A stretch of 64,000 nucleotides of DNA from Rhizophagus irregularis. Lineage: Eukaryota. The first letter of the stretch is position 1; the number at the start of each line of letters is the position of its first letter. The stretch covers positions 7,688,001 to 7,752,000 of the forward strand of contig NC_089429.1 in assembly GCF_026210795.1 (NCBI RefSeq). Direction: 5' to 3'. Positions 1 through 13,237 of this stretch are shown here, piece by piece. Made by a program: the position numbers and the translations under genes. The notes under the pieces are model-generated. The model saw only the letters and a program-made list of their open reading frames with translations. It had not been told where the DNA came from and ran no database searches.

Positions 1-2696
1 ATACTAATAACTAAAATTTAAACTATAACTAAAACTAAAATTTAAAATTCAAGTCCCTGTTATCCATTTTTACAATTTATCCTGGAAACAATTTTAAAGT
101 TATTTGTCACGCCTCTATCTGTCACATAGTTAATATGAAAATCACGCGATCGAACCTGCATTCGAAACCGATCTGCGTTAACATTAGCATTTTTGCTGCG
201 TCACTATTAAGGGAAAAGTAAAATCAATAACAAAAAAATTAAACGATTTTTTATTTATACCGAAATAAATCTACCACTCTTCTAGTAATAAAATAAATTT
301 ATACCGAAATAAATATCTTTATGAATTCTGCCAAAAATAATCCTAATGCAGACTGGACTTTTGATACAAATTCCTCCTTGAAGATTTAAGTAATAGATTC
401 TATAAGTTTGTTTTATTAGGTATCCAAAACAAATTATACAAAAAGGACAATAGAATCGTAGAATCGTCGAAATTATACTATATGTGATTTGTTAGAAAAT
501 TAAAATTTTTGTGAAAGAACAAAGAATAGGTTACAACAACTATTTTTATGTATCTATTATAAAATATTTTTATGAAATGAATTGTACGAAAAATCTTTTT
601 TATCGCTAAATTTTGTTTAGTTTCAAATGATAATTTATGTTACAATCGTAAACTCTAATGCATATCGGCGTTTTCTTAATATTGGTCAGACCTTTTTTTA
701 TGTATATTTCGGGGTCCTTATATCATCCCTTGTTTTTTGAGAAAAAATATACTAGCCTAATTAAAGTATCTTATGGTCAATACGAACGAATTTAGATAAA
801 TTATTTCTTTTTATCTTACAAAAAGAATAATTTTTTTTTTTAAAAAAAAAAAAGAATTTTAGAAGACCTGTCGTTATAGTTAAAAGCTAAAGTTTTCAGA
901 TCTACATACAATGAAGTCAGCTTGAATCAAAAGTGCAGATTTTTCAATGACGTTACTAATTAGTAACATGTCAACGACGCCAATATTTTTAACCTGCATA
1001 CACTATTTGCTATATGTAGAGATCATGCAGTCATCAGATAAGGGATTTGATAGATGTTACCATTTCAAATGCGTTTGCGCTTTAATAAATCTCAAAATAG
1101 TATAATTTTTTTTTTTTTAAATACAAATAAATATACTGTAACTATCTTTACTATTTTTGTATCCATTGAAAATCAAGGTAAAAAATTTTGTGTTCAAGTC
1201 ATCGAATAAACAAAAACGTTAAAAATGGGATATTATTATATTTGTGATAACAAAATTAAATTTGTGATAACATAAAATAACTAAAGTGATAATGTATATA
1301 TCACGTACGTTTTTTATGATTTTTATGTAGATCAGATACCCTTGCTTTTAAAGTCACACAAATAAAATTAAGCATCTGTTTTTATACTAGTCAATTTTTT
1401 TTTCTTTTGTTTCTAACAGATCAGGATTTCTATCCGGAATTTCAAAATCAGAAAGGGTTCATTCAATCATTAATTTTGAACAAATAAAAATCGGTGTTAC
1501 ATTTCAAAAGAGTGATCCGATATAAATGTTAACTTAATTAGTATATATATTGTTCAAAATCGTACTAATCAAAAATAAAAGAATTTGTCATATGCTTCTT
1601 TTACAAAGACTACAAAGAACGATATATTTAGAAAATTAATAAGTTTTTAGTTTTTGTTCCTTTATTTGGAATTTCTAAACCGTTTTAAGCGAACATTTAC
1701 GCAAATTACACAGGACAAAAAAAAAAAAATTAACCACTCAGATTTCTTTACCGATTTTTATAACATAGCCGAATATATTATCCTTTGTCATAAAATCAAG
1801 CGTAAATTTTTATCCCGAAATGACAGTGACGCATTTAAATACGAAAAATCGATTACGCAATGTTGCTTGTTTTTCTTTTTTGTTCTTTTTAATCAATTCA
1901 ATGATTACGCGTTTTTATGATTATTAAGAAAATTATTGCCGAATTATGAATGTAATTTCTTATAAAAAGTCTTTAAAAAATTCCAAGTAAAACCTCAAAA
2001 AAAAAACTTTTTTTTTTTACAAAAAAATCAAATACACAATAAAATAAATTCTAAATTCATTTTCGTCTCAAAAAACTATTAAAATTTCTTTCTTAATTCA
2101 AATTACACAAATTACATTTTTCTTTTTTTACATAAAAACATAAAAATCAAAAACTCTAAACAAAGAGTAATAAAATCGACCTTAATCAAATTCGCCCAAA
2201 AATTGTATGAAGGGCAGTGTAGACAAACATAATATAAGAAAAGACGAAGCAATAGAATGCGATAAAGTCGATGATGCAAAATTTGCATTACGACTTGTTT
2301 GAAAATATAATTTTTCAAAGTCACAAATTTAAAAGTCCGCATTATCGTTTGAGAGCAGCATTAAATCGTATGTTTCGAATCATCATCTTTATTCGACCTT
2401 ATATTAGAAGAGTTGATGATCACGGAAGATTTACCTTAAAGGGTATGGGTCGTTTGAAGAACCTGGCGCAAAAGATCAAAAATTGAAATTTAAAATCTCA
2501 AATATGGACATTGTTCTTTAAAGACATTTAAATCGTAGAGCATGTCAAAAATGATCATCTTTTCTGACGTCATCAGTGCCTTGAAATGATTATGCTGCAA
2601 GAAATGTGAAAATATTTTACCTTATATTAAAAAATATTATTATGAGAAAAAAATTAAATTAAAAAATAAAAATTAAAAATTAAAATAGGAGAATAA

Positions 2697-3120
2697 ACCT
2701 ATTTTTAACAACTAGAATTAAAAATAAGAATTAAGAAATTAGAATTAAAAAATAAAATTAATTTCAACCTATTTTTAACAACTATCAAAGAAATTAATTT
2801 TCTCTATTTTAGTAACTAGATAATAAGATAAGAAAATTAAGAGAAATTAGAATTAAAAAATATAGAGTTAAGAAATTAGAATAAAAAATATGAATTAATT
2901 TCAACCTATTTTTAACAACTATCAAAGAAATTAATTTTCTCTACTTTAGTAACTAGAAAATAAAATAAGAAAATTAAGAGAAATTAGAATTAAAAAATAT
3001 AGAGTTAAGAAATAAGAATTAAAAAATAAAAATTAAAATGGGAGAAAATTAATTTCAACCTATTTTTAACAACTATCAAAGAAATTAATTTTCTCTATTT
3101 TAATAACTAGAAAATAAGAT
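2697..3120. repeat. Imperfect tandem repeat, ~140-155 bp unit, about 3 copies
   Basis: Core AATTAATTTCAACCTATTTTTAACAACTATCAAAGAAATTAATTTTCTCTA recurs at ~2756, ~2893 and ~3047, with a partial copy at ~2697. Confidence 0.85.
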
Positions 3121-3511
3121 ATGAAATCAGGGGCAAAGTCAAGTCCGGTCAGAAATACTGTGATAAATCTATCAGAATGGCATGAATTAAAAAGAGGCCA
3201 TAAATTCCAAAGCTTTGTCAAGAAGTAGGGCAGTTAAATCAAGAAATACAAGAACTTCAAGAGAAAATTCAAATTCATGAAGATTTCTCAATTATCAAGT
3301 CTTCACAAAATTAAAAGAAATTAGAATTATAAGAATTAAAAATTAAAAAATTAAAAAAAAATACGAAATCAAAAAATAAAATTATGAATATTAATTAAAT
3401 TATGAATATTATGAAAATGATGAAAAATCAAAAAAAATTGTATTGAACACAAATATAGATTTGATCAAATATATTATTATATTGATGAAATTATTAAATT
3501 AGTAATAGATT

Positions 3512-3616
3512 ATTAATATAGTTAATATTTTACAAGAGATTTTTGATCAATTGAATGTTTTAGAAGTATTAGTCTTATTTATTGTGATTCTTTAAATTCT
3601 GATTGTTAACAAATTT
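3512..3616 (+). pseudogene. Fragment of an F-box/LRR (RNI-like) family gene
   Basis: Hand translation INIVNILQEIFDQLNVLEVLVLFYCDSLNSDC*QI is an LRR-like segment resembling Glomeromycotina F-box/LRR proteins as recalled (not searched); it has an in-frame stop and no start. Confidence 0.55.
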
Positions 3617-4308
3617 CTCATGATCAACATCAACAAATCGCACCAACAACCTATTACTTCTAAAATGTCTGCCAGCACTAACTTCTTTTTTCGCAACCGT
3701 AATGAGAAAGACGGAAAGTTATTCTTTAAGTCATGGTTAACAAGCGTGTATTTTCCAACTGTGGAGCTATTGAGAAAAAGCGCTCTAGAAAAGCTATAGA
3801 AAAATAAGAAAATCAGGAAAGTAAAATTCAGAACTCATGATTTTTCTTAAACTGAACATATTAATATACAAGAACTATTTTTGCAAATCAGTCAAAAATT
3901 TGAGGATCATGAACGGGTCAAAGGGAGAAAATTAAAAAAAAAACATTGTAAGTTGATGTTCTGGTAACACTTTTTAATGTAATACGATATGATGGTGAAA
4001 TAACTAATCTACCTGCTAAATGAATTTCTTCGGCTATGAACTGTCTAAAGAATTTAAAAAAGGAAGACAGATTTTCAGATTGTTATTTGTCAAATTATTA
4101 GATTTATTTTATATTTACTTCTATTTCATTTTTTCCTTTTTTTTCCTCTTTTGAATTTTGATATACTAGATTTCGTTCAAAGAAGATCACTGTGATTAAG
4201 AACTGTGATTAAGAAGAAATATTTCATAAATTAAACATTAATCGCGACTCATATTCAACCTTAGTTACCGATTTGAGGTTTTTAAAGTTCTAACGGAGTT
4301 ACAATGAT

Positions 4309-4828
4309 TAGGGATGGAAAAAGTTCGGGTTGAGTGACTTGAGTCGGCTCGTTACATCGGTTTAAATAAATTTTGACGTATACTGACTGACTCGGATCTG
4401 AACCGAAGTGACAAAAACTGATCATGGAACCGAACCGGTTTTTCGGTTTGACTCTGCTCAATTAGGCTTTTCAATAGTATCGGTTCGAAACTGAACTAGG
4501 GATGTAATCAAGTTCGACTCGAGTCGATTCTGGAACCGATCCTAAATTTAAAAGATTCCGGATCTCCCGGGTTTAAAATCAATTTTCACCATGAAAAAGC
4601 CGAAACCTAATTCGAACCGATTTCAAGAACCGACTTATGTTGAGCCATCAGTCGTACAAACTATCGTTTGAAGCTGATCAAAATTTTGATCATTATTACA
4701 TGCTCTACCTTTATCCTAAATTCGACGCACGTAGCTCATAACTTTTATTTATTAGAGTTGGAGCCGATGTGGGACCGAATTAGAAACCGACGAACCGATT
4801 TCGAACCGAGTGAATCGTCCCATCCCTA
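4309..4828. mobile_element. Non-autonomous hAT-like element (MITE)
   Basis: Termini TAGGGATGG...CCATCCCTA (Ac/Ds-like), dense AACCGA/TCGGTT subterminal motifs and no ORF; an 8-bp TSD is not recognisable. Confidence 0.7.
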
Positions 4829-5837
4829 GTAGTTATGATATAGGTGAACTTTGAGCTTTAAAATTTTAAATTTTGGTATTAATTAAAATTCTTTAAAATT
4901 GATATGAATAAGTAACGTTAAAAATAACATACAGTACGTCAATTTTTTAAAAATTTCGTGTACGTTATTATATTAATGTATTAACGCGTGTGACCTTAAA
5001 CGACAATGTAATTATTAACTACTAAATTACATTTACATGAATATGATATCAAACATTTTCAAACCTGTATAATTCTATCTTAAACGTATTGTTGGCACGA
5101 AAGTTTATTCACAATATATTAACCGTATCGTATTGTTGATCACCTTAATCTTGTAATTCTTTAATAAAAAGCAGACAATAAAATAAAATTCCAAATATGT
5201 TAATAAATGTTGTCTCTTTAAAAATTCTTAAATTTCATTATTATTATTTAAGGGATCGTAATACAATTGCGACATGTCTATTAATAACATGTATTATTAT
5301 TTCAAAATATTCACAACCCTTAATCATTGTAAGATTTTTTAGTAAAACAAAGGAAATTCAAAAAAAGTGAGAGAACATTACGTTTATTTGATGTTATATA
5401 TAAATTTAAATATAAATAAGCTCAAAAAAAAATCTCTTTTTTTTCTATTGAATTTTTCTTTTCCCTTTTTTTTTCTTTTAATTTCAGTGACAAGGTTTTC
5501 TGCCTAGCACTTATACTTATACATATAATTCATTAATAATCAATGAAAAATATTGATATGGATATTTATAAATTAATTCATATTTTAAACTTTTAATTTT
5601 AAATATTATTTTAAAATTTGAAATAATTTTATCTCAGATGGAGAGATATTTTATATAAAAATAGACCATCATATCAACATATGGTTATAATAATAGTTTA
5701 AAAAAAATATTTTTATTGAAAATTGGTTTAAATTTGATAATGACCAAGCAAGAACCTTAAATAATGAGCATAGTTCAAAAATAATTCAACGTGAATATAT
5801 GTTAACACCATAGTTAAACAGATTTTGTCGAAGTGAT

Positions 5838-6100
5838 ACCGGCCAAACTTAAAAAGAAATATAGGCCAAACAATATATTTGCCCACGAAAATATAGCCAA
5901 ACAAATTTTCCAAGAAAAGTCAATACATTAGCTCAACAAGGATTCGACCCTGCCAAACTAGGTTTTGTTTGAAAAAAGCCAAAATAATATTGGTCAAACA
6001 TGAAAAAGTATTGGCAAGACAAGATTTGGCTCATGAAAAGTCAAAAAAAATATGGCCAAACAAATTTTGGCAAGAACAAATTAAAGAAAGCATCGGCCAA
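5838..6100. repeat. Degenerate GCCAAA/TTGGC motif array, probable transposon subterminal remnant
   Basis: GGCCAAAC, AGCCAAA and TTGGCAAG recur many times in an AT-rich background. Confidence 0.45.
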
Positions 6101-7102
6101 AACAATATACAGTATAACGTAAAGTTATATAAAATTCGATTGTAAAATTATATATAAAATATATAAAATTCGATCTGAAATTTATAACATATATATAAAA
6201 AAGGTAGAGATTTAAAGGTTAAAATAATTTATTTATAAACATTATTATTGTATTATCATATAGTATGACCGGTAGAAGCAGATAGAATGCGTGAGAAGGT
6301 GGAGGAATTAAAGAATAATAATAAAAACAAAATATTAAAAAATGATTTTTTAATAATATTTATAGACATTATTATATATATATGTAAAATTAGAAATTTT
6401 TTCAAATTTAATTAATAATGAATATATAAGATAATAAAGATAAAATTTATAATAAATATAACATTAGTTATCCGAAGCGGAGCGGAGGACATCGTCTATG
6501 CGATCTGCATATATTAGTAGACTTACACTTCAACCATGCAACGCACATTTAGGGTACGGATATGTAGTCAATTTAGAAAAAGACTAATTTATGTTTCGCA
6601 GATAATTTAGACTTTAAGTTAAACTATTTTTTAATTGATTGAGCTTAGCAAATATATTAATTAATTGAATTTAGTAAAATAAATTATTATTAGATTAAAT
6701 GTTGTATTCTATTTTGCCTTAGTTTATTTATCTAAGAAATAAAAATTTAAATAAAAAAAATAAAGAAATAAATAAATTTATTGTATATTGTTTCATTGTT
6801 TTCACTGTTGATTGTTGAAGAAACTTTTCTATTAATAAAGCCTAAACCCACAAACATAAATGAACAAGCATCATATATGCATCGTGATACTGGTGTGGAA
6901 ACCAAATTTAATTAATAATGATGAGGTTTGAATTCATGATATGAACTAAACAGTATATATAACTAACCTGTATATATAAGATAAAAATAATGATTGAAAT
7001 AAATTATCTGATCCCTACATATACTACTGTATAATAATTTATTCGCATGATACAACATTAATAAAAAGCAATTAATTTTAAAATGTATTATCCGTTATAA
7101 TG

Positions 7103-7497
7103 TGGTTACGGTACGTTTCGCCGAAGGGATATTTCGCCGAATGGGATTTCGTCGAATGGACATTTCACCGAATGAGATTTCGTCGAATGGACATTTCGCC
7201 GAAGGAATATTTCACCGAATCCTTTTCTCGAATCGTCCATTTCATCGAGGGAAATTTCGCCGAAAATGTTGTTAACATATTTTCTTAATCATTAACAATT
7301 TGATAAAAAATGGTCAAAGAACAAATTCTCTTTAAACTAGTATTTTATTTTCACTTGTTTCGGAAAATTGAATTTGTTAAAAAAACCAATTTTCCTTTGA
7401 TTAAAAAAAAAAAAAAATAGACAATGCAAAAAAATTCCATATCTTTGGCGAAATGTCCCTTCACCGAAATGGACTTTAACGAAAAGTCCGGATGTCG
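7103..7497 (-). mobile_element. Non-autonomous DNA transposon with 15-bp CATTTCGCCGAA subterminal arrays (family copy 1)
   Basis: Left end GGTTACGGTACGTTTCGCCGAA is followed by a 15-bp-period array; the right end is an inverted array ending AAAAGTCCGGATGTCG; both ends match 60178-60556 in reverse orientation. Confidence 0.75.
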
Positions 7498-7512
7498 TTA
7501 TTTTACGTACTA

Positions 7513-9016
7513 TACTACGATAAGTCATATATATATTTTAAGTGTATTATCTGTTATAATATAAATTTATTTATTTATATATTTAATATTATAAATTTTT
7601 ATTTATTTATCTATTATCTATTATCTATTATTACATTTTTTTTTCGTCTTTTATATTCAAATTATATTTTATATAAACAATAAATTATTATTTTTCGTAT
7701 TTTATTTGTACTCATTCGTTTATAAAATTATTTATCATCTTAAAAGTTTAAATTTGTTCATATAACTGATCATGCTAGAAATACTATATTGTAAGAACGA
7801 TAAGCTAAACAATTAATAATTTCATTTATCAGCCGTAACATGCAATTGCACCTATTAAAAACTTTCGGGATAAAAAATAAAGTAATTTTGAGATAAAAAT
7901 AATCATTGCTGTTTGTATTGTTGTTCATGTAAATCGATCAATCAATTAAATAGGACGGGAAAACTTCGAGCCGATCAAAAAAAACAATTTCAAATACACG
8001 CAATAATATTTGGATCTTAATTCGATTTGAGTGTGTGATTACGTTATTTTAATTTATTTATTCTAGAAAATAATTATAATAATTATAACAATTCATATTT
8101 AATTGTTAAAAAATACCGAAAATAAATGATCATCATCAAGAAGAAACGCAAATCGGGTACAACATGCATGAGTAATTGAGTATATCTTTATATATAACAA
8201 TACTTATCAATGTTATATCTCAGAATTAAAGGATATTTTCAATTTTCACATCGGATCAGAATCTAAACCCCCTACTAAATCCCTATATGTGCTACCTCAT
8301 TGATTGTAAAAATACTACGATAAGACGATAAGTCATGTATATATTTTAAGTTATAATATAAATTTTTTTTATTTATATATTTAATAATTATTAATTTTTT
8401 ATTTATTTATCTATTATATATTATTACATTTTTTTTCGTCTTTTATTTTCAAATTATATTTTATATAAATAATAAATTATTATTTTTCGTATTTTATTTG
8501 TACTCATTCCGTTTATAAAATTATTTATCAAATTTGTTCATATAACTGATCATGCTAGAAATACTTTATTGTAAGAATGATAAGCTAAACAATTAATAAT
8601 TTCATTCGTCATCCGTAACATGCAATTGCATCTATTAAAAACTTTTGAGATAAAAAATAAAGTAATTTTGGGATGAAAATAATACAATTTTTTATCATTG
8701 TCGTTCATGTAAATCGATCAATCAAACATTAGGACGGGAAAACTTTGAGCCGATCAAAAAAAAAATTTCAAATGCACGCAATATTATTTAGATCTTAATT
8801 CGATATTTTTTAAATTTATTTTTATTTTAGAAAATAATTATAACAATTATAACAATTATCATATTTAATTGTTAAAAAATACCGAAAATAAATGAAACAG
8901 TAAATCATCATCCAAATTGGTACAATAATTGAAGTATATCTTTATGTATAACAATATTTATCAATGTTATATCTCAGAATTGAAGGATATTTTTGGATCA
9001 GAATCTAAATCCCTAC
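7513..9016. repeat. Tandem segmental duplication, ~7513-8276 vs ~8313-9016
   Basis: Collinear near-identical blocks run from TACTACGATAAG to GGATCAGAATCTAAA, e.g. CATATAACTGATCATGCTAGAAATACT at ~7759 and ~8539. Confidence 0.9.
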
Positions 9017-9214
9017 GACAATTAGAAATTTATAAATCTAAATACAAAAAAAAATGAATTTTTTTTCTTATAAATTTGCAACATTTCCTCCTTACCTCTC
9101 CCTCTTTATCCCTTTAAAATTTTTTTTTCCTTGTAATTATTAATTAACATATTTCAATTACTACGTAAAATTATTTTTAAAAAATAATTTTTTAACGAAT
9201 TCATTTTTTAAAAA

Positions 9215-10675
9215 ATGACTAAACTTAATCGTGATGTACTTTTATTGATATTCCAAGAACTAGAATATGATCCCAATACTTTATTTTCATGTTTACTGGT
9301 TAATAAGGCTTGGTGTGAAATTGCGGTTCCAGTTCTATGGAAAAACCCTTGGAGATATAACGTAAATTATGGAAATAAAATTCACTTATTTTATATAATC
9401 ACTTTACTTTTTATTAATAATATTAATAAATATATAACGAACCAATTATATCAAATTCCAACAAAAACTTTTTTATTTAATTATTTATCCTTTTGTAGAA
9501 GCATAGATATAAATATAATTTCAGTGATATCAACTATTGGATCGCATTTAACTTATAATCAATTTTTTATCCAAGAAAAAATTATTAATATTTTATTAAA
9601 CAAATGCGATAGAATAAAATATTTGGATATGAGATCAATAAAACATCAAATTTTTTATTTTCCGAACGCTAAATTTCATCTTAAATCTCTTCATGAACTG
9701 ATCTGTGATACAACGATAGATTTTTCATTTTTTTACGGATTCTCAAATATATGTAATAATATAGAAAATATTATAGTTATTAATAGGTCCATAAAAGCCA
9801 ATCCCGGATTAATAGAATTAATCAGAGTTCAACAAAATTTAAAATATTTTGAATGGAGGGATGAACTTGATGATGATCAATTATTATTATTTGAAGAACC
9901 CCCCTATGAAGAAATATTTCTTATTCTAAAACTCAAAAAAGATACACTTCTTCACTTAAAAATGTATTTTCTATACATTTTCCTTTTCGAAATTCAAGAA
10001 ATCATTTCGGAATTAATTAATTTAAGAACTTTAGTTGCCGCAGATTTTTGTTTTTTTTCGGAACGACAATTACCAATATTTAAATTCAAACATCTCGAAA
10101 CACTACAATTAGATCACGTCACATTTAAAGCGATAACGGACGTAATCAAAAATAGTGGTGGTGCCCTCAAGGATATATTAATGAAGCACTACGATCATTT
10201 CAGATGCGATATTCATTTTGACGAGGATTCTCTCACGTTTATTCGCACAATATATGAACATTGTCCATCAGTAGAGTGTCTATCATTATTATTCCCTCCA
10301 ACCAAAGAACACATCGCTGAATTCGAAAAATTATTAAAGCGGTGTGAAAATTTAAAATCGGTATTGATCTTAATATCTAATGTCGACATTGTAGAAAATG
10401 AAGAGGTGTACGGAAAAGAATTATTAGAAGCATTAAGTAGATCAGCACCAGCAAATCTACGAGAAATACGATTTGTTGATGATCTAAGTTTTCCGTTAAA
10501 AATATTAGAGTCATTCTTGGAAAGTTGGAGGAATAGATCAGCTATATCAATATATATGAATCATCATGCTTACGAAGGTGAGTCATATATGAATTTGTTG
10601 AACAAATATAAAATAGAAGGGGTAATTAAAAACTTTAAACGTGAGTTTGAAAGAGACATTTATTATTCGGTATAA
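9215..10675 (+). CDS. F-box domain / RNI-like leucine-rich repeat protein, 486 aa, intronless
   Basis: N-terminal F-box-like MTKLNRDVLLLIFQEL...LFSCLLVNKAWCEIAVPVLWKNPW, followed by LRR-like repeats; paralogous to the genes at 16474 and 46878. Confidence 0.9.
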   Translation: MTKLNRDVLLLIFQELEYDPNTLFSCLLVNKAWCEIAVPVLWKNPWRYNVNYGNKIHLFYIITLLFINNINKYITNQLYQIPTKTFLFNYLSFCRSIDINIISVISTIGSHLTYNQFFIQEKIINILLNKCDRIKYLDMRSIKHQIFYFPNAKFHLKSLHELICDTTIDFSFFYGFSNICNNIENIIVINRSIKANPGLIELIRVQQNLKYFEWRDELDDDQLLLFEEPPYEEIFLILKLKKDTLLHLKMYFLYIFLFEIQEIISELINLRTLVAADFCFFSERQLPIFKFKHLETLQLDHVTFKAITDVIKNSGGALKDILMKHYDHFRCDIHFDEDSLTFIRTIYEHCPSVECLSLLFPPTKEHIAEFEKLLKRCENLKSVLILISNVDIVENEEVYGKELLEALSRSAPANLREIRFVDDLSFPLKILESFLESWRNRSAISIYMNHHAYEGESYMNLLNKYKIEGVIKNFKREFERDIYYSV

Positions 10676-13237
10676 AATTATACATGTAAAATATTATTAT
10701 TGTATTATTATTGTATTATTATTGTATTAAATGTATTAAATAAATAAAATTTTATTATTTAAAATTTAAAATTTGTAAAATTTGTTACTGCGGTTAGATG
10801 TCACACTACGCCACAATTTGTGATATGCGATCAGAAAAACATCTGTGATTATTAACAAGATTTTTTTTTAAAAAAAATTCATTAAAATTTCTTATCTTGT
10901 TATCTTTAAAAAAAATTTTTTTAAAATAAATAAATAAATAAATAAAATTAATAAATGATTTGCTCGTATTAAGTAATCTTTCTTTGATAGAATTCTTAAT
11001 TTATATTGATTTGTTTTTTTTTTAAAAAATAAAAAATATAATATAATGAAATAAAATAAAATAAAATAATTTATTTAAATATCAAATTTTAAAAACGCCA
11101 TGTGAATTAGATTCTCCGATAATATTAAAGAATCAGGTAAAAAAAAAATTTTTTCAAGTTCATATGACTTATTTTATGTGTAGTAAATTCGGTGTAGAAT
11201 TTTTTAAAATCATGCAACAAATGTCTTGGCATGTTTCACATATATAATTGAAAGTCTCGTTGTTTATTTAAATTAAATAATATATTTTTATAATATTGAT
11301 ATAAAAAAAAAATAAATCCCTATTTAATAATCCTTTTATAGAATTTTATTGTATGAAACACTTTCATGCAATATGATGTCTATGATTGTATTTTGTACTT
11401 TCATTCATAACTCTTTTCAGAACAAAGAACAATCTTACAGAACTTCTTTACCTTTCCTTGTTAAACGCTTGAAAAGGAAATTTCATATCATAATTTTGGC
11501 CCTGTATGCCTTAAAATCTGCCCACCGCTTCAGGGCCAGAATTACATAATGTCGCCTAGCATTATCCATAAAAGGAAGAATCTACATATCATTTCGTAAT
11601 AATAAAAGTTGTTAACTTCCGATCGATTGAAAAAAATGGATCCGGCAATATTAAGTGAATTTTATTATCAAATCGCCTTAATATAAAAAAAAAATAACTC
11701 TATCTAAACAATTATACAAATTTTTTACCATATTTTATTTATTTCATTCATTCATTCATTTTTTTTAAAAAAAAATGTCGATCTTAATTCTTGTCAAATT
11801 ATAACGAATAAATATTAAATGATTAACAGATCCAAAAATATTTTGTGCGCATATAACGAACTTTGGCTTTCAATAAAAAGAAGAAACATAATATTTTTTA
11901 TAACATCAGAAATCTTTCAATTATTATTTTTAATATAAAAATGTATAAATTCTAAATTTTTATAATAACAATTATTAAGAGAAATTAGTCTGTGTATCAG
12001 CAGATTCGAGGTAACGGAGTAACGGAACTTTCTCTACCCCATTATTTAAATGTGTAAAGCACCAGCTCCAAAAATAAATCAGAATCCCAAAATAATGTAT
12101 GTTAAATCTGACGTTAATTAAAATGCAACTTTTATACTTTGCTTTGGCATGGCACAGAGAATAATTTTGAACTTTTCTTAACTTTTCTGACGAGATTATT
12201 ATCCTTAAATTATACTTAAAAAATATTTGTTTTAGAAAAAAAAGAAATAAATAATGATGAATTTCGCAGAGAGTTGCATTGTTGAAAATTCAGATTATTT
12301 TTATACAAGGCATTTTTACTCATTGGTAAATGTTTTCAAGTAACCCTGATGGAACCGCGAGGATATTGATCTAACGCGCGCGTAGAGCGCACGCACTTAT
12401 ATGCGCTCTTATATATAAAGTAAGCGCCTATGATGTAGTAAATACAGCAATAAATTTGATTCTGTATAATGTGCTGTTAAAAATCCTGGTAAGGTGCCAT
12501 TTATATCTTGAATTCAATGATTCACAAAAAAAATTTGATGATTCCCTAGCACACGCCTTTTGCGAAATATATCAACAACTTGTAAAGGATGTCATCGTAC
12601 TAAAGAAAGTTTGGAATTTTTAAATGAAAAAGAATTATTTCAAAATATGAAGGAGAATTTGTGAATATATTTCACTTTTTATATACTAAAGCTTTGAATA
12701 TGTCAACAATTCGAAATTAAATTGTGATGATGAGCAACATATTTATGAAATTACGTGGAGTATTAGATAAAGGTTTACTTGAAATTACATGTTATTTATA
12801 TTATTAATAATAATTTTTTATTCTTTTTATCACCTCTCAAGACTAAGGAATTATCACGTAATAAATCTATGGTTAAAAAATATTTGTCCAAATTAGCAAT
12901 ACCTTAGTAGTTTATTAATAATAAAAGAAAATTTTAAAAGTACATAAAAAAATAAGTTATTTGACATTTTTTTCTGATGAAGTTGTTTCACGATCGAAAC
13001 ATAATAACAAAAATAAATTAAAATTTTGACTATATAACTTAAATTTTTGTTTACATTTTATTTATAAAAATATTTTATATAATAGAATAATAATCGACGG
13101 TAAATGCTAATGCTAGATCGCTGCAAATCGTTTTTGACGTCAAAAAAAAAATAAATAAAAAGGATATGTTAGTATATAGTATTAAAAAAAAAATAATAAT
13201 TTCATATACATACGATTCTAAAGATATACATACAATT

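Noticed and set aside
2271..2486. 71-aa ORF with a faint F-box-like start
   Set aside because: Lacks the conserved LFSCxLVNKxWC block; too little evidence to call
7100..7288. Small ORFs over repeats (also 48630-48824, 54773-55202, 26452-26637, 27632-27829)
   Set aside because: Frames are kept open by transposon or tandem repeats and have no protein-like features
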